Part shown: one piece after another, positions 14,301 to 26,239 of the stretch | Layout of the letters: each line of letters begins with the position of its first letter | Position numbering within the stretch: the stretch's first letter is position 1 | From: Ramazzottius varieornatus | Taxonomy: Eukaryota; Animalia; Tardigrada | NCBI GenBank assembly: GCA_001949185.1 | Contig: BDGG01000008.1 | Location: 1,990,788 to 2,054,787 of the forward strand | Direction: 5' to 3' | Length of the DNA stretch: 64,000 nt | Made by a program: the position numbers and the translations under genes | Notes under the pieces: model-generated | Database searches by the model: none | What the model was told of the DNA's origin: nothing | The model's input: the letters and a program-made list of their open reading frames with translations, nothing else

Positions 14301-15486
14301 GCAGTCAAGTTACGGAGAAAGCCCAGCTCCTTCAAGATGAGAAACGTCTTGTCGAAGGTCTAATGAAGCAGCTCATGCCAAGGTAGAAGAACATATTTCG
14401 GTCCGCAGGGATGGACCAGTCAAACATCCATCTGAGGTTATGTTTAATATGTTCTTATTTTTGGGCAGGCACATCGCGGATTCGCTCAGTTCGGGACGTC
14501 TTGAAAAGCCTCACTACCACGAGCACGTTTCAGTCTGTTGTGCGAAACTGACGACTGACCTGACTTCCGCGATGGACCCACAGGGGGCAAGCACAGCTAT
14601 CGGTGCACTGAGTCGGGTTGTTTCCGCATTCGACGCCATACTAGACATCAAACAAACATGTGTCAGGATAAATGGCTACCCAGAAAGCCTCATGGTTTGT
14701 AAAACTCGTTTTCATCACGATAACCCGTCCGAAAAACGTTGCTCCGTATTCCAGCTTGTGGCGGGCTTGACATCACCCTCTGTCGTGCCCGCGGAAGGTC
14801 TTCTCCAGATACTACGCCTGGCAGAAGATCTCGAAAGTACTCTGCGAAACCTAACCGGCACCGAAAAGTGTCGATTCCGGCTTCAAGCTGGAGTCCATAC
14901 AGGACCGGTGATGAGCGGCTTACTGGAAACCCAAGTCCCAAAATACTGCGTGTAGGTTTAGGTACTCCGCGCCCGTGTCTAAACGACAGGAGCTCGGATT
15001 TATAAGATCGATATTACTGAAACAATAACTTGAAACGCTTTTCTTGCAGGCTTGGGGAAACTGTGGTGTCAGCTTTCCGGTTGATGGATGAGGCCGGTGG
15101 TAGGTGGTTGACGCTTATGGATCTCCGCCGATAGCTTTCATGGCCAAACCATCCTCAATGAAGCAATCTGCATGATTTGTTCCGACATGCCTGGTTTTGC
15201 AGCTGGAGAAACCCTGATTACGGAGAAGACAAAGAAGCTCTTTTCAGTAGAAATTCAACAATTTGTAAGTCTTCGGCCGAAACCCAGAAAAGCACCGGAT
15301 CTAGTTGGCTCGTCATACTCGAGCTCTGCAGATATTGTCTCGGAGGTAGGTTTTAGTGAACTTGAGTCGATCTGGACAGTTGCAGATCCAATAATCACAC
15401 AATCTGGTGAAGACCATAAATTATTTACGTATTACTGTGACGTTGATAGAACGAGGCAGAACTACTGGAAACATCCTATGCGGTGA
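8306..15486 (+). CDS. Multi-exon receptor guanylyl cyclase (natriuretic-peptide-receptor-like: ANF-receptor ectodomain, TM, kinase-homology domain, coiled coil, degenerate cyclase domain)
   Basis: Signal peptide MRLTFVLYLSVL; IYIGPG/CSEAV; PPDVPPCGFSGTEC; TM TVPLITIFVALAALY; DPYWWR; AEHCSKGCLQDIL, HGYLTSYNCSIDGRFVVRISDCG, WRTPELLR, ADIYSF, LMEDCWSEAPLERP; RMESYSKELE; GVHTGPVMSG..PKYCVLGETV. About 20 exons join in frame; two junctions are non-canonical (see findings). Confidence 0.9.
9772..10258. mobile_element. Degenerate TIR element in a guanylyl cyclase intron
   Basis: ggaaagtgctccgcacaccacc at left and its near-inverse ggaggtgtgcagagccttcc at right, with repeated cacc/ggtg subterminal motifs. 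Confidence 0.45.
12764..13016. mobile_element. hAT-like MITE in a guanylyl cyclase intron
   Basis: TIR caaaggttttcctgtccca / tgggacaggaaaacctctg; perfect 8-bp target duplication ttgcttgt on both sides. Confidence 0.85.
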
Positions 15487-15684
15487 CTTTCACGTAAATC
15501 CACCTCTGGTGCGTCGGAACGACTCTTATACAATGAACTGGTAACCCCTCTGATCACTACATCGAGCCATCGTCATCGGTTCATACGCATTAACCAAAGA
15601 CTTTTGCCAGCTTGGACAGATCTCTTTCCTGTTATTTCTTCGTACATGAATAAACTCTTGGTTCATTGGAAGACTGCCGATATA

Positions 15685-16385
15685 CGAGGTACAGGACATA
15701 ATTCGGGCATAGCGATTTTCGCATCATAATTCGTACATGGCGATTTTCGCATCATAATTCAGGCAATGCGAAAAGTTTAAAAATTGCGATCAACGCTTAA
15801 TTTCTCATCGTACGTCTGTTGGTACAACTTTAGGCTCTTCAACATTAGACAGACCCATGTGTCTCCCATGACAGATTTGTGACGGCTCCAGCCTCGCTGC
15901 CAGCCACCACAACTCACTAGACAGGAGTTCCTCCTGTGAGTCTAGCCTAGCTCTCGAGAACTCTTCCATAAACCTGGAAGACTTCTCCAGACTCAAACCC
16001 AACGCTCGAATATCACTGACAGATATTTGGTGCTATGAGTGATGGGCACTCGAGATCTTCCAACGCACACTAAAGTTAGCTTCGTCATGATTCAACCACG
16101 GCGTAGGCAAAGCAGGTAAACTCAATGGTAGCTAAGAAAGGCTGGACCAAACAACCGGTCCGACCACTCAAGTTGTCCTGAACCGCCCAGCTTCTCCGGA
16201 TGCTCCTCACAGGTTGCCCTGATCTACAATATTTCACCGTTCTCAAACCTGTTCAGACCTCGAGAAGATAGACCGATGTACCTCAGAGACTAGAAATTAG
16301 TGATTACGTGCAACAGGAACTGAGGAAAAGTACGCCCGATTTATGGCGCGAAAACCGCTATGCCCGAATTATGTCCTGTACCTCG
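15685..16385. mobile_element. Non-autonomous Tc1/mariner-type element (about 700 bp)
   Basis: ta|cgaggtacaggacataattcgggcatagcg ... cgctatgcccgaattatgtcctgtacctcg|ta; the left end carries tandem 28-bp subterminal units. Confidence 0.85.
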
Positions 16386-16584
16386 TAGTTCTAAGCGCAC
16401 GGAGTCCATTTGTACGGTATATGCATGAAAAAATCCGAAACAAATGCAGGCAGACAACACAAGCACTAACGGACTGTTGAGAAATTGCGCAACGTATGCA
16501 CCGGAGTAAATGTTGGAGTCACTCGATGATGCTGATAACGTCGACCATAGCCACCTACGATGATCTGAATGCTTGACAGTGAGC

Positions 16585-16961
16585 TTATCTGCCACTGCCA
16601 GAACCGCTACCCGATCCCAACGATCCACTGCCGGATCCCATCGATCCGCTAGCGGAGCCGCTACCGGACCCCATCGATGCGCCACCGGATCCAGTGCAAC
16701 CCGATCCGCTGGCAGAGCCGCTGTTGGATCCCGATCCACTGCCCGACCCCATCGATCTGCTACCGGAACGCATACCTGATCCGGTACCGAACCAGTACCA
16801 GATCCGCTGCCCGATCCGGGTCCCGAGCCACTGCCCGATCCCAGTTCACCGGTAGCGGATCCAGCGGATTAGCTACTGCCACCCGTGTTTTGTCCGTTAG
16901 AAACGCTGGTAACAGCCAGGACGACGAGGGCGCTCAGGCAAACGATTGTAAGAAGCTACAT
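16585..16961 (-). pseudogene. Pseudogene of a small secreted Gly/Ser-rich (GSGSGS) protein
   Basis: Reads ATG TAG then LLTIVCLSALVVLAVTSVSNG (a signal peptide with a stop at codon 2), QNTGGSS* (second stop), GSGSGSGPGSGSGSGTGS, a frameshift near 16790, then MRSGSRSMGSGSG...GSGSGR*. Confidence 0.75.
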
Positions 16962-17187
16962 TGTTCCTGAGGTGAAGGATAATTTGCAAAGTGTGGAAAA
17001 CGGGTAAAACAACAAAGGAAAAGATCTGAGCTGGCTTGACTGAAAGACGGCACGGCACTTGTCTTTGGAGCTTGTAATTGTAATTTGTAATTGTAGTTTG
17101 TATCAGTATTTTGTACTTGTAACTTGTAAAATTAAGAACAATTCTGTGAAAATGGGTGGCAAACTGATGAGTCAAACATTTGGGATG

Positions 17188-17870
17188 CCGGCAGACAAAA
17201 TGTGCAGGATCATTGTATCAAGTGGCGCACCTTGCCAGCTAGTACCCATGAAAATTTGCGCCACTGAGATAACGGTCGTGCACGCGCTGTTTTCCGGCCT
17301 CCCGTTTCAGGAACCAGTCGAGCAAGTCTCACAGTATTTCGTACATGAGCCCATCCATCAGGCACAGAAGGAATTAAAGCAGCGGCCTGTCTGCCTTTCT
17401 GATAATGGAATTATGTTCATTCTTTGCATTCGAAGCTGAAATGCCAGCATAAAGCTACATGAAAATCTTCTCCACAGTCTGTGCGAAAAACCTTGACTGT
17501 CTGGAATAGATTATATTATCACAGGAATCGAAATTGACGCCGAGAGTATCGTGTTCCGGTGCAATCAGTTTTGGCGCCAACCGGCAACTGCGAGCGAGCA
17601 TACTGTCGGGATGATGGCATTGCCTTCAAAGTAATTTTGCTCAGACATGCATTGGTTTCTTGCGCTATTCAGAGAGCAAATTCCAGACTGTCTACTAAAA
17701 TTTGAACAACGTTCTCGGGTTAGTTTTTTATAAAAGTTTTAGCTCAGGTGTTTACAGTGGGTTTGAAATTTTGAAATTGGAGAGCGGTGTACATATCTCG
17801 AGCGAGTGGACTGTACTGGCTGGCACCGTGCGCCACTTGATACAATGATCCTGCACATTTTGTCTGCCGG
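17188..17870. mobile_element. Non-autonomous TIR element, CCGG termini, possible 2-bp TG target duplication
   Basis: About 44-bp perfect inverted repeat ccggcagacaaaatgtgcaggatcattgtatcaagtggcgcac; TG on both flanks. Confidence 0.8.
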
Positions 17871-20754
17871 TGGCTGCTGGTCGTTTGTGGCATCCCGACC
17901 ATTTCCTTCTTTTCGATATTTGAAATGTTCGATCCTACACCACGCGATATTACCGTAGCAAAACATTTACATCGTTCACGATGTTGAGGTCCTTTCAGTC
18001 TAATGATCTAAGTTAGGGTTTATCCCCGGAACACGTATCCGATCCGGCAAAATCGGCCAGTAAACAGGGAAGCTGGAACGTTCCAAAGTCTTCGCCGATT
18101 TCTTCTGAGCTCAGTCCTAAACTTTCCGATGTGGATCGGTTGCATGTATCTGCGATTCCTTCGGTCTATCTCATGAAAAATTTTGATGCGTTTCGGACGG
18201 ATAGCTCAAATGTTGGGCGGAATCAACGACTTTCATTATTGGTGAGGGCTCCTCTCACTACCGACACCACCGATCGGCTCATCACACAACTACCCAGAAT
18301 TTTATTTCGGTTGGTGATGACTAAGACACCACCAGAAAAACTATTGTAGTAAGAACTATTGTTGATGCTATTGAAATACGAAAAGCTGGTGTAGTATGTG
18401 AAACCAATCTCGCCAGGAGAATATAGCCGGCCGGTGGGGCGACGAAGAACGTACAGAAGTACTACAGTGTACCTACTCATATGGATAATCACAGCTACTC
18501 AGCAACAACGATTTCCGGGACGACCCTGCATCGGTATTTGGCTGTGGTTCCGGAGCTCTGTGCGCCAAAAACGCCACAGCGTCGTCCAATGTGGTGAAGG
18601 TGAAGGTGTCCTGGTAGTTTAGGTGTCCGATCGGCTGAGTTGCAATCTGTTCAATGGAATTCCCAGTCAGAGAGCTGACGTCACTGGCGCGGTTCAAGTC
18701 CGTAACTTCCGAGTTTTGTAATTTCTTCCCGGATCGTCGGAGGATTTAGCTCCCTGAAACAGATGATAGAAGTGACTTTCTTGTATCGTTTTGCCTAGAA
18801 GGTTTGACTATCGGAACTTCGGGACATGCATAATCCCGTTGTGAGTGTCTTGGACGGTAGCCTGTTTGTACGCTGTCGAGAGTCGGCGACTTGCGTGACT
18901 ATAGGTCTCTCAATGGTCCATTCCATAAGCTTGATGTTCGTGCCTCTAGCCAATGTGATGTTTGTCCTTATTTATCATATAGATTTCAATATTAAATTAC
19001 CCATCTGACCATTTCCGGAACTTTTGCAACGGGAAAGAAGCGGTCCCTGGTGCCGGTGAAATTGTAGTTTGGCGATGAGGAATCGCGAAAAAGGTCGGAA
19101 GCACGTCCTTTTGACTTCCCGCAAACAGTTATCCAGTGGTCTAGATTATTGTGTAAAGTTAATGATATCCCGATCGGCGTGTGACATGTTTGAGAATTCG
19201 CTTGTCGGGATGATCGAACCGAAGTGCAATCTGTAGATAAAATGTTTACTGATACTTTAGTCATGAGTGTATTGAGTACCAACTCTAGTGTGGAGGGTGC
19301 AGTCTTGATATTGACAATCGTTTTCCCTCAAGGATTGAAATGTTTTACGACCTTCAGGTCGAGTCGGACAGTTAAACAAAGGCACGATGGCGCTCTACCA
19401 CACTGCTGACGAGGAACCACCACTATTTCTAATCTGCAGACCTTAAAGCGGCACTCATGAGAACGGTATTTATTCCTGCAGTGCTTGGTTTGGGCGCTGG
19501 AAAAAAAAGCGGAAATGGACCTCACAAAATGTCTGCCTCTCGAAAGTATCTTCTCTTTACAGTTTCTGTTGCTGTCTCCTTTCACAGCACCGAGAGGTCA
19601 CGGTAGTAAACGGTACCTATCGACCAGTAAATTGGGTTTCAAGACAGTTGTTCCGTTGATCTGGTTTACACTTGGTGTCATCTATGTTTTGGGAGCCTGG
19701 GGTTTTGGTGCTTACGACCTAATCTTTGTTCTGCAGAATGTTTTTGGAATCAAACGATCAATCGGTCTGCATAACGTGATCGCTATCTTGCCGGATATCG
19801 CTGTCAGCTGGCGTGGTCCTCTGGTTTTAAGCATATTTCTCTTCCAATCTCCAAAATTATACCATCTATCACGTACTCACATCCCCAACAGTCTGACGTT
19901 CAGGTCTGAGAAGATCCAGAAATGGACAAGGCTAAGTCGTGTGGCGTTGCTTGTAACGGTGTTACTGCTCGCAACAGAAGAGCTACCGTTCGCAGTGATG
20001 AATGTGATATGGACTGTGCAAGCAGCAACGGCAGACGTTAACGGAACCCGGCATGATGATCCACTGGCGCCGCCCAATCCGGTCCTGACAATCTCTCGTC
20101 GCACAGGTTTTCGAATGACCTTCCGTGTGCTATCGCATGTTTTGGCGGATCAAGTAATGGTCTTACTGGGTCTTTGGGCTTTGATGATAGTGGACCTCCT
20201 GCGGTCCATCAACACGAAGTTACAGTCAATGGAGGAAACAAAATGTGACTCGCTGAAAGTGTCTACGCAGTGTGACTTGATGGGAACTTTGATGGAACGG
20301 TACGAGGACGTGCGCGATCTTTGGGAAAAGATCAACAGTTCCTTCATGCTGCTACATGGCGTCGCTTATGGGTCAGACGTGACAGCCATGCTAGGCTACG
20401 TGATATCGGGTATCGGATCTCTTTCGCCGAAAAAGCAGCAGGAACTGAGCATACCATTTGGCGTGTTATTCTTAAGTCAAGCCGTCAGCGTGAGCTTTCG
20501 AATCTTGATTATGAGTCTGCCGCTGATTATGGTCTACGAAGAGGTGAGATATCTCTTCGCAGTTTACACTCCACCACTGCATGGTTCCAATAACATTCAC
20601 ATCAGAGTACGCAATGTTACTTATAGGACCGAGCACTTTCAAACCGGATCCTTAAGGTAAAGGTGCGGAAGTCCATTGAAACAGTGTCATCCCCTATGGT
20701 ACGTATGTCTGTATATACGATGAGAACGTACTGCGTACGCCTCTTCATCGTATA

Positions 20755-21580
20755 TGGGCGGCCGGAACGGCAAAAATGAGGTTGGTAGTCTTCGAGCCTG
20801 TTCAGACGTTGCGTACTTTTAGACTGGGAAATTTTATCATTAAATCGATCAAATTTGCCAGTCTTAAAATAAGCAGGCTCTGAACCTGGTCGCAGACAGG
20901 CTCCCTATGGAATTTCACTAGTCCATGACTAGTAAAATTTACCAGTCTAAAAAAACGCAGGCTCTAAACAGGCTCGACAAGCATTTCCGTAATTCTGACC
21001 AAATTACAAGACTGCATGTCGAACCTGTTTACACTTTTACACAAGTGTGCGACTTGCAGGTGCNNNNNNNNNNNNNNNNNNNNNNNNNNNNNNNNNNNNN
21101 NNNNNNNNNNNNNATTTTACTAGTCATGGACTAGTGAAATTCCATAGGGAGCCTGTCTGCGACCAGGTTCAGAGCCTGCTTGTTTTCAGACTGGCAAATT
21201 TTATCGATTTAACATTACCGACATTAATTTGCCACCGCCAGATGAAAGTCTCACTGTAGCTAAGATGAGTTGCAACGTCACTCATAAGCGCAGCAGCTGA
21301 TCAGAACTTTGAATAGTTGGGCAGCCACCATGCTTCCCAATGTTAGCCAACCGTAACTCCGATTACGCTATTTTTCGAAAATAAGGGGACCTTTGGAAAG
21401 CAGAATGTAGTTACGCGTCACGAAACGGGCGGAGCAAGGCCGTAGCTACAGTTGCAAAGTGAACGGGAGTGGCAACTTAATCTCTATATTGATAAAACTG
21501 CCCAGTCTATTAATAAAAATAAGCAAGGTCTGAAGAGGCTCGAAGACTACCAACCTCATTTTCGCCGTTCCGGCCGCCCA
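20755..21580. mobile_element. Long-TIR (foldback-like) TA-flanked element in a GR intron; contains an assembly gap
   Basis: ta|tgggcggccggaacggcaaaaatgaggttggtagtcttcgagcct ... aggctcgaagactaccaacctcattttcgccgttccggccgccca|ta; a further inner inverted block lies at about 20840-20940 versus 21115-21210. Confidence 0.85.
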
Positions 21581-22291
21581 TAATCGTAGCCATCGCCATG
21601 CAATGAAATACGCTCAGATACCATTGCGGCCACAAACGTGGAGACACGGCAAATCAAACAATCAAAACTGACCATATGATGTGACGTCACGACAATCAAA
21701 AGCCTTGATCAACGTTCCCGGTTCAGTCAGCTGTTTCAGGCGTTACTGGTGTTCCTTTGTGATACCGGAAGTCTTTCTGTGATCTCTTTTGTGATATCCA
21801 CAGCTACCTCTGACATAGTGTTATCTAATAGAGGTTGCGATCATGGTTAGTGACGCGGTGATTTAGATTCGAGAGAGCGCTTTCGAATAAAGTTCAGTAA
21901 AACTTTTGATTCAATACCGCCCCGAACTCCGCCTTTGTTTTGATTGATTGAATTGCCATGTCTCCACGTTCGTGGCCGCAATGGTGCAACACCCATGTAC
22001 ATAGTGCCTAATACTGTAATTAACCCTGTACGAATCTCGTGCAGGGTCGTCAGGGCTGTCATCTGGAAAGCCTAATCACCACTCTGGAAAGGAGAGCTGA
22101 CGCTTCTCCGCTGATGTTTCACATCATGAATATATTTTATGTTACCAGAGCATTTGTTCTGACGGTAAAAGCGAACCCACTAGTGTCAGGGTCGACTTCC
22201 CTCTGGGGTGATCCTAGTCTGGGCGAAGAACTACAGCGTACTCGTACAGTCCGGCCACTCGAAATCCGTGCACGTAAGACGAGATATGATA

Positions 22292-22470
22292 TCACGGGCC
22301 ACTACAAATTATGGGATAGGCGGAAAGGACGGCGAAATGGAAATTCGACCGTAGAAAAGTGTCGAAAAATGTATTACTGTGAATCGGTCGCGTACCTACG
22401 TGCTCCCGCACCGCCGTGGCGAAAAGGCCTGTACCATGATTTCTCGTCCTGCGTGTGCGGATTACGAGCG
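22292..22470 (+). repeat. Copy of a dispersed CAC-end MITE family (relatives at 40590-41606, 45860-46055 inverted, and about 50739-50850)
   Basis: Shared core atgggataggcggaaaggacggcgaaatggaaat..cgtagaaaagtgtc..aatgtattactgtg..gccgtggcgaaaaggcc.gtaccat. Confidence 0.75.
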
Positions 22471-23964
22471 AGAGACTGTACTGCCAAACGAAGTCGCTAA
22501 TCAATACTTCCTGTCCTTGCAGACGTTCACATTGGTGGCGACTTTCACCTTAGTTTCTCTGGAGCTTTTCAATCGTTAGTCACATCTGCTTAGGCCCACA
22601 GCGCTTCAAATACGCGCTCATCAGTGCCGCGCGTAAGGTATGATGCGCTCTTATTATAGCGAATAGCACTTAGCGTCCGCTGGCCCTAGATCGTCTCATG
22701 TATCCTTCTCGCTAAAGGCATATCCTTTGTCGATTGATGCTTTGCGCTTGTATCGCTCCTGTACATCGGAAATGGCTGCAGACATTTCCGCTTTGACAGC
22801 TGACAAACTTCATGTTGGTTTTTGACGAGGAACCACGAGTAAATTTACCCATATTTAGTTGCCCATAACCTTCTGGAATGAAAGACAAACACAAAACGCG
22901 CCCTTGCTTCGCCGTCGCGTATTAAGGATAAATCGATGTTTTTGATCATAAGTTACAATTGGATCCTACCCCGCAAACACATAGAGAAGGAGCTTTAGCT
23001 CTCACGTGACCAAAAACAAACCAAACCTAGACATGCCCAAATTGCAGCCCTAGGGCTGGCTTTTCAAGGCGAACAATACTTCTGCTGATGATGTCATCGA
23101 AAAACCACGCTGTCAGGCGATAAGACCACAACTGTTTGGACAATCCAACAATAACCAACAAATGCTCCACAAAACCCAAACGCACAGCAGTATTCTAACC
23201 AGCCCAGCGAGCCACCTGAACAAGTACCTGGGATGCACTGACATCCAGCACCCACCAGTGATCTTCATGAGGCTCGAGCTAGTTGTCGTACAAGAAGCCT
23301 ACTGGTGGCCATCTGGTCGACGCCGCAGCCCTGGCGGATCCAGAGCACGGAGGCGGTGAAGCCGCCGGAGTGCGATGCGGCAGGGGTTACAGGCGGGCGC
23401 AGCCCCCTGTTGTGACAATGAATTGAGCGACATCGTCATTCAGCACTGTCCAGTGCTGCAGACGAGTCTCGAGGTAGCGGCTCCAGAGTGTTTTGGCTCT
23501 CCGACCTTCAGGCCTTCAGAGCCTTGAAGAGTGTTTTGGCTCTCCGACCTTTAGACCCTCAGAGGAGCGCTGTCTCGAACTTGGGTTCAGGTCGAGACAA
23601 CGCGGCTAACTTCCTGTTTGTTTCTATTCCGTTATGAGGTTAAGTTCTTTAAATTTTCGCATGGGTTGGTGCTCATGAGGGAGGTTATGGGTCAGCTACC
23701 CCAGCATGCTGTGGTTGCTCTTAGTTTGCGCTCGTCGAGCCGGGAAACGTGCTGATATAATCATGCTCTCGTACTTTGCAGTTCTTCCGGATTATTTCTT
23801 GATATGTGTCACCTCTGTAGCTACTGCGACAACTCGCGTTTTCGTTTTTCTTCATTGTAGGCAGATGATTCCTTTCCATCCCGCATGACACCGGTACCTT
23901 GAGCTTCAAGGCCGTACATACACTGTTGAAAATGCATTCCTTCCGAAATTCGCGCGGTCTTATA

Positions 23965-24092
23965 CACTGACGAGCTGCTGTACTTCGCCTACCAAAACTG
24001 ATTGGCTTGAATGCTGCTGGACAATCACGACTGATTGATCGTTCGACACTACTGTGAGTTTGTGCTAGGCGAAGTACTGCAGCTCTTCAGTG
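23965..24092. mobile_element. 128-bp MITE with 8-bp target duplication (hAT- or P-like)
   Basis: TIR cactgacgagctgctgtacttcgccta / taggcgaagtactgcagctcttcagtg; gtcttata on both sides. Confidence 0.85.
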
Positions 24093-24100
24093 GTCTTATA

Positions 24101-24221
24101 CTGTAATGCTTCATGAACTTCGCGAAGTGACGTCATAGTTCGCGTAGGGTTTACGGGTATGATGACGCATACACCACTCGATCACAATGACGTAATTCGC
24201 GGAGTTCATGAAGCATTACAG
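24101..24221. mobile_element. 121-bp TA-flanked palindromic MITE
   Basis: ta|ctgtaatgcttcatgaacttcgcgaagtgacgtcat ... atgacgtaattcgcggagttcatgaagcattacag|ta. Confidence 0.85.
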
Positions 24222-24223
24222 TA

Positions 24224-25491
24224 CAGTCCGTACCTCGTTACCACTTAATCGAAAAATTCCTGTACGCTCAAAAACGAAAGCATCAGAATTATCAGATCTC
24301 TGGGTGATCCCCCTTGGCCAGCATCGTTTGAACACGACTTTCCCAGAAGAAAAGCGCACAGCGGATGACTCCGAGGTCAAAGTTGGGGCACACCTTTTGA
24401 AGAACCTTGTTCAAACCAGCGATGGTGGTAACCTTCCGTTCGCCTAAAATGTTCTTCAAAATTGCGTTTATGCCGTAATCAACGGAGCTAAGACAGGGCT
24501 GTTGGTCATTCAATGGTGATTCGGAATGTACAGCGGGTGGTTCTCTTTCATCCAGTTTTGGGTCAGAATCGTGGTGTGGGACTTGGCACTGTGGAAATGC
24601 ACCACGATTTACTGCCGATTTTTGGGGTGAAGTCGGGGAACGTCATTTTCCACCATCGGCGACAGCACGTTATCGATAGAATACTGCGTTGTGACTTTCG
24701 CATCGCCATCAACGACGTAGGGCTTCGACATTCCGTTCCACGAGATTACAATAGCGAGCATAATCTTTTTCGGCCAGTGCTTCATCGGCTTTTTGCGCCA
24801 GTCGTCGGGAACTTCCAGAAACTCATCCGTGTAGTAATATTCTCCTTCGCTTTTGGAATCATCTAGGGTGATCCAGGTCTCGTCCATGGTGGAGATTTTC
24901 TTGACTTTATTGCGTCTGATGTACTCGATAAAAATTTCCCCGCGCTCGTACCTCTGTTTCTTCTGCGCTTCGTTGAGGTGATGAACTTTCTTCTTTTTCC
25001 GCACGTCCAGTCCTAGATCCTGATGGATGATCTTACTTACGGTGTCGAGGGAACATCTGAGCTTACGAGCGCTGAGAGTCCGGTTCTTTTTCAGCACGGC
25101 TTTCTTGACCTTTCTGATGTTGTATTTGGTACGTACCAAAGAGAGGTTTGGCGGAGGCAGTCGTCTTGCATGTTTGGCCCATCCAACTTCTTTGGTTTCT
25201 TCTTCTCTGATCAGCTTGCCAATCGTTTTGTAATGGATGGGATTCTCGAGGCTTAAAGTTGTTCAGAAATTCTCTTGTAGGATAAACGTTGACTATGCAG
25301 TGCGATGACTGCAGCCTTTGTTTCAGAACTAGTTTCCAAAACCATTTTGAAAGCAGACTTAACAACTGATACCTCAGAAGATGTGGCATTGAAAATGGAT
25401 CACGAAGTCAGCTGAGATGAGAGGAATACTATTACAGGGAATTCTGTTTACAGCCAAGTTCAAGTGGTAGCGATGTGGTCCGAACGGACTG
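24224..25491 (-). mobile_element. Degraded IS630-Tc1-mariner transposon, DD37D (maT) type
   Basis: TA-flanked ends cagtccgt..cg.taccactt. Transposase with HTH (LSARKL..SLDTVSKIIHQDLGL), TMDETW, KHWPKKIM, HFHSAKSH (second D mutated to H) and NSPVLAPL/DYG, with 37 residues between the D2 and D3 positions. Several stops and frameshifts. Confidence 0.9.
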
Positions 25492-26239
25492 TAACATTAA
25501 TCAATGGTAACTGACGTCCCGTGACCACCGGAAGAGATGCTTTTTCAGCAATGTAGGTCTTAGGTTATGCCTCAGAGTCAACTGTAGTACATATTTCGTG
25601 CGTAGATTGAAGGTTCTCCAGCTCATTGTCGTGAGAATTTGTACTAGCAGACTATAGTCAACAGACGTGCTGCTCGGTGACTGAAAGATCGAGCGACAAA
25701 CGGTTGTAAAAGTTCAAATATTGCCGCGTAATTGAGCTAGGAAGCACCCGTCTTATCGTTCAGAATACCACTCATTTGAATGTCTATTACGATGTGTCAT
25801 GCAGGATCGAGTGTCACGAGTGATTAACTTGAATTGCTTGGTACTTTTTCTCCAAGAATTCATTCCTTTAGCTTCACAATTACTGTATGCATAACTGCAA
25901 CACCAACCGAAGTCATGTTTGTGCTTGAATTACACTACAAACCTGAATTTCTTGTTAACCAACACACCATTTCTGGAACTGCAACAATCCCATGCGGGAA
26001 AGCGGGTTCTTGATTCTAGTGCTTGTGTTTTATCTCACGTGCCCTGGATAATGGCGAAATAGGCTACAAGAGCACGTTTTTTGCAGATCAAGTTCAAACT
26101 CGACATCTTGATCTGTGGATCTTTGACGTATACTTCGAAGAACCAGAACTCAAGCATGCTCGACAACCGCAAATTCTCGCTCACCGATCAGAACACCCCT
26201 TACGGCTCAAGACGTCACGGCTGGGGCGTCTCTCTACAT

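Larger units (their letters stand above)
19516..22579 (+). pseudogene. Gustatory-receptor-like 7TM chemoreceptor, probably pseudogenised
   Basis: Long hydrophobic exon 1 (19516-20543; ...YEDVRDLWEKINSSF..HGVAYGSD...RILIMSLPLIMVYEE|gt), followed by three short 3' exons typical of the GR family: about 20606-20697 (in-frame TAG), 21740-21845 (106 nt, apparent frameshift) and about 22523-22579 (TFTLVATFTLVSLELFNR*, resembling the TM7 motif). Confidence 0.7.

Noticed and set aside
23486-23560. Two-copy tandem duplication agagtgttttggctctccgacctt
   Set aside because: A simple local duplication with no array structure.
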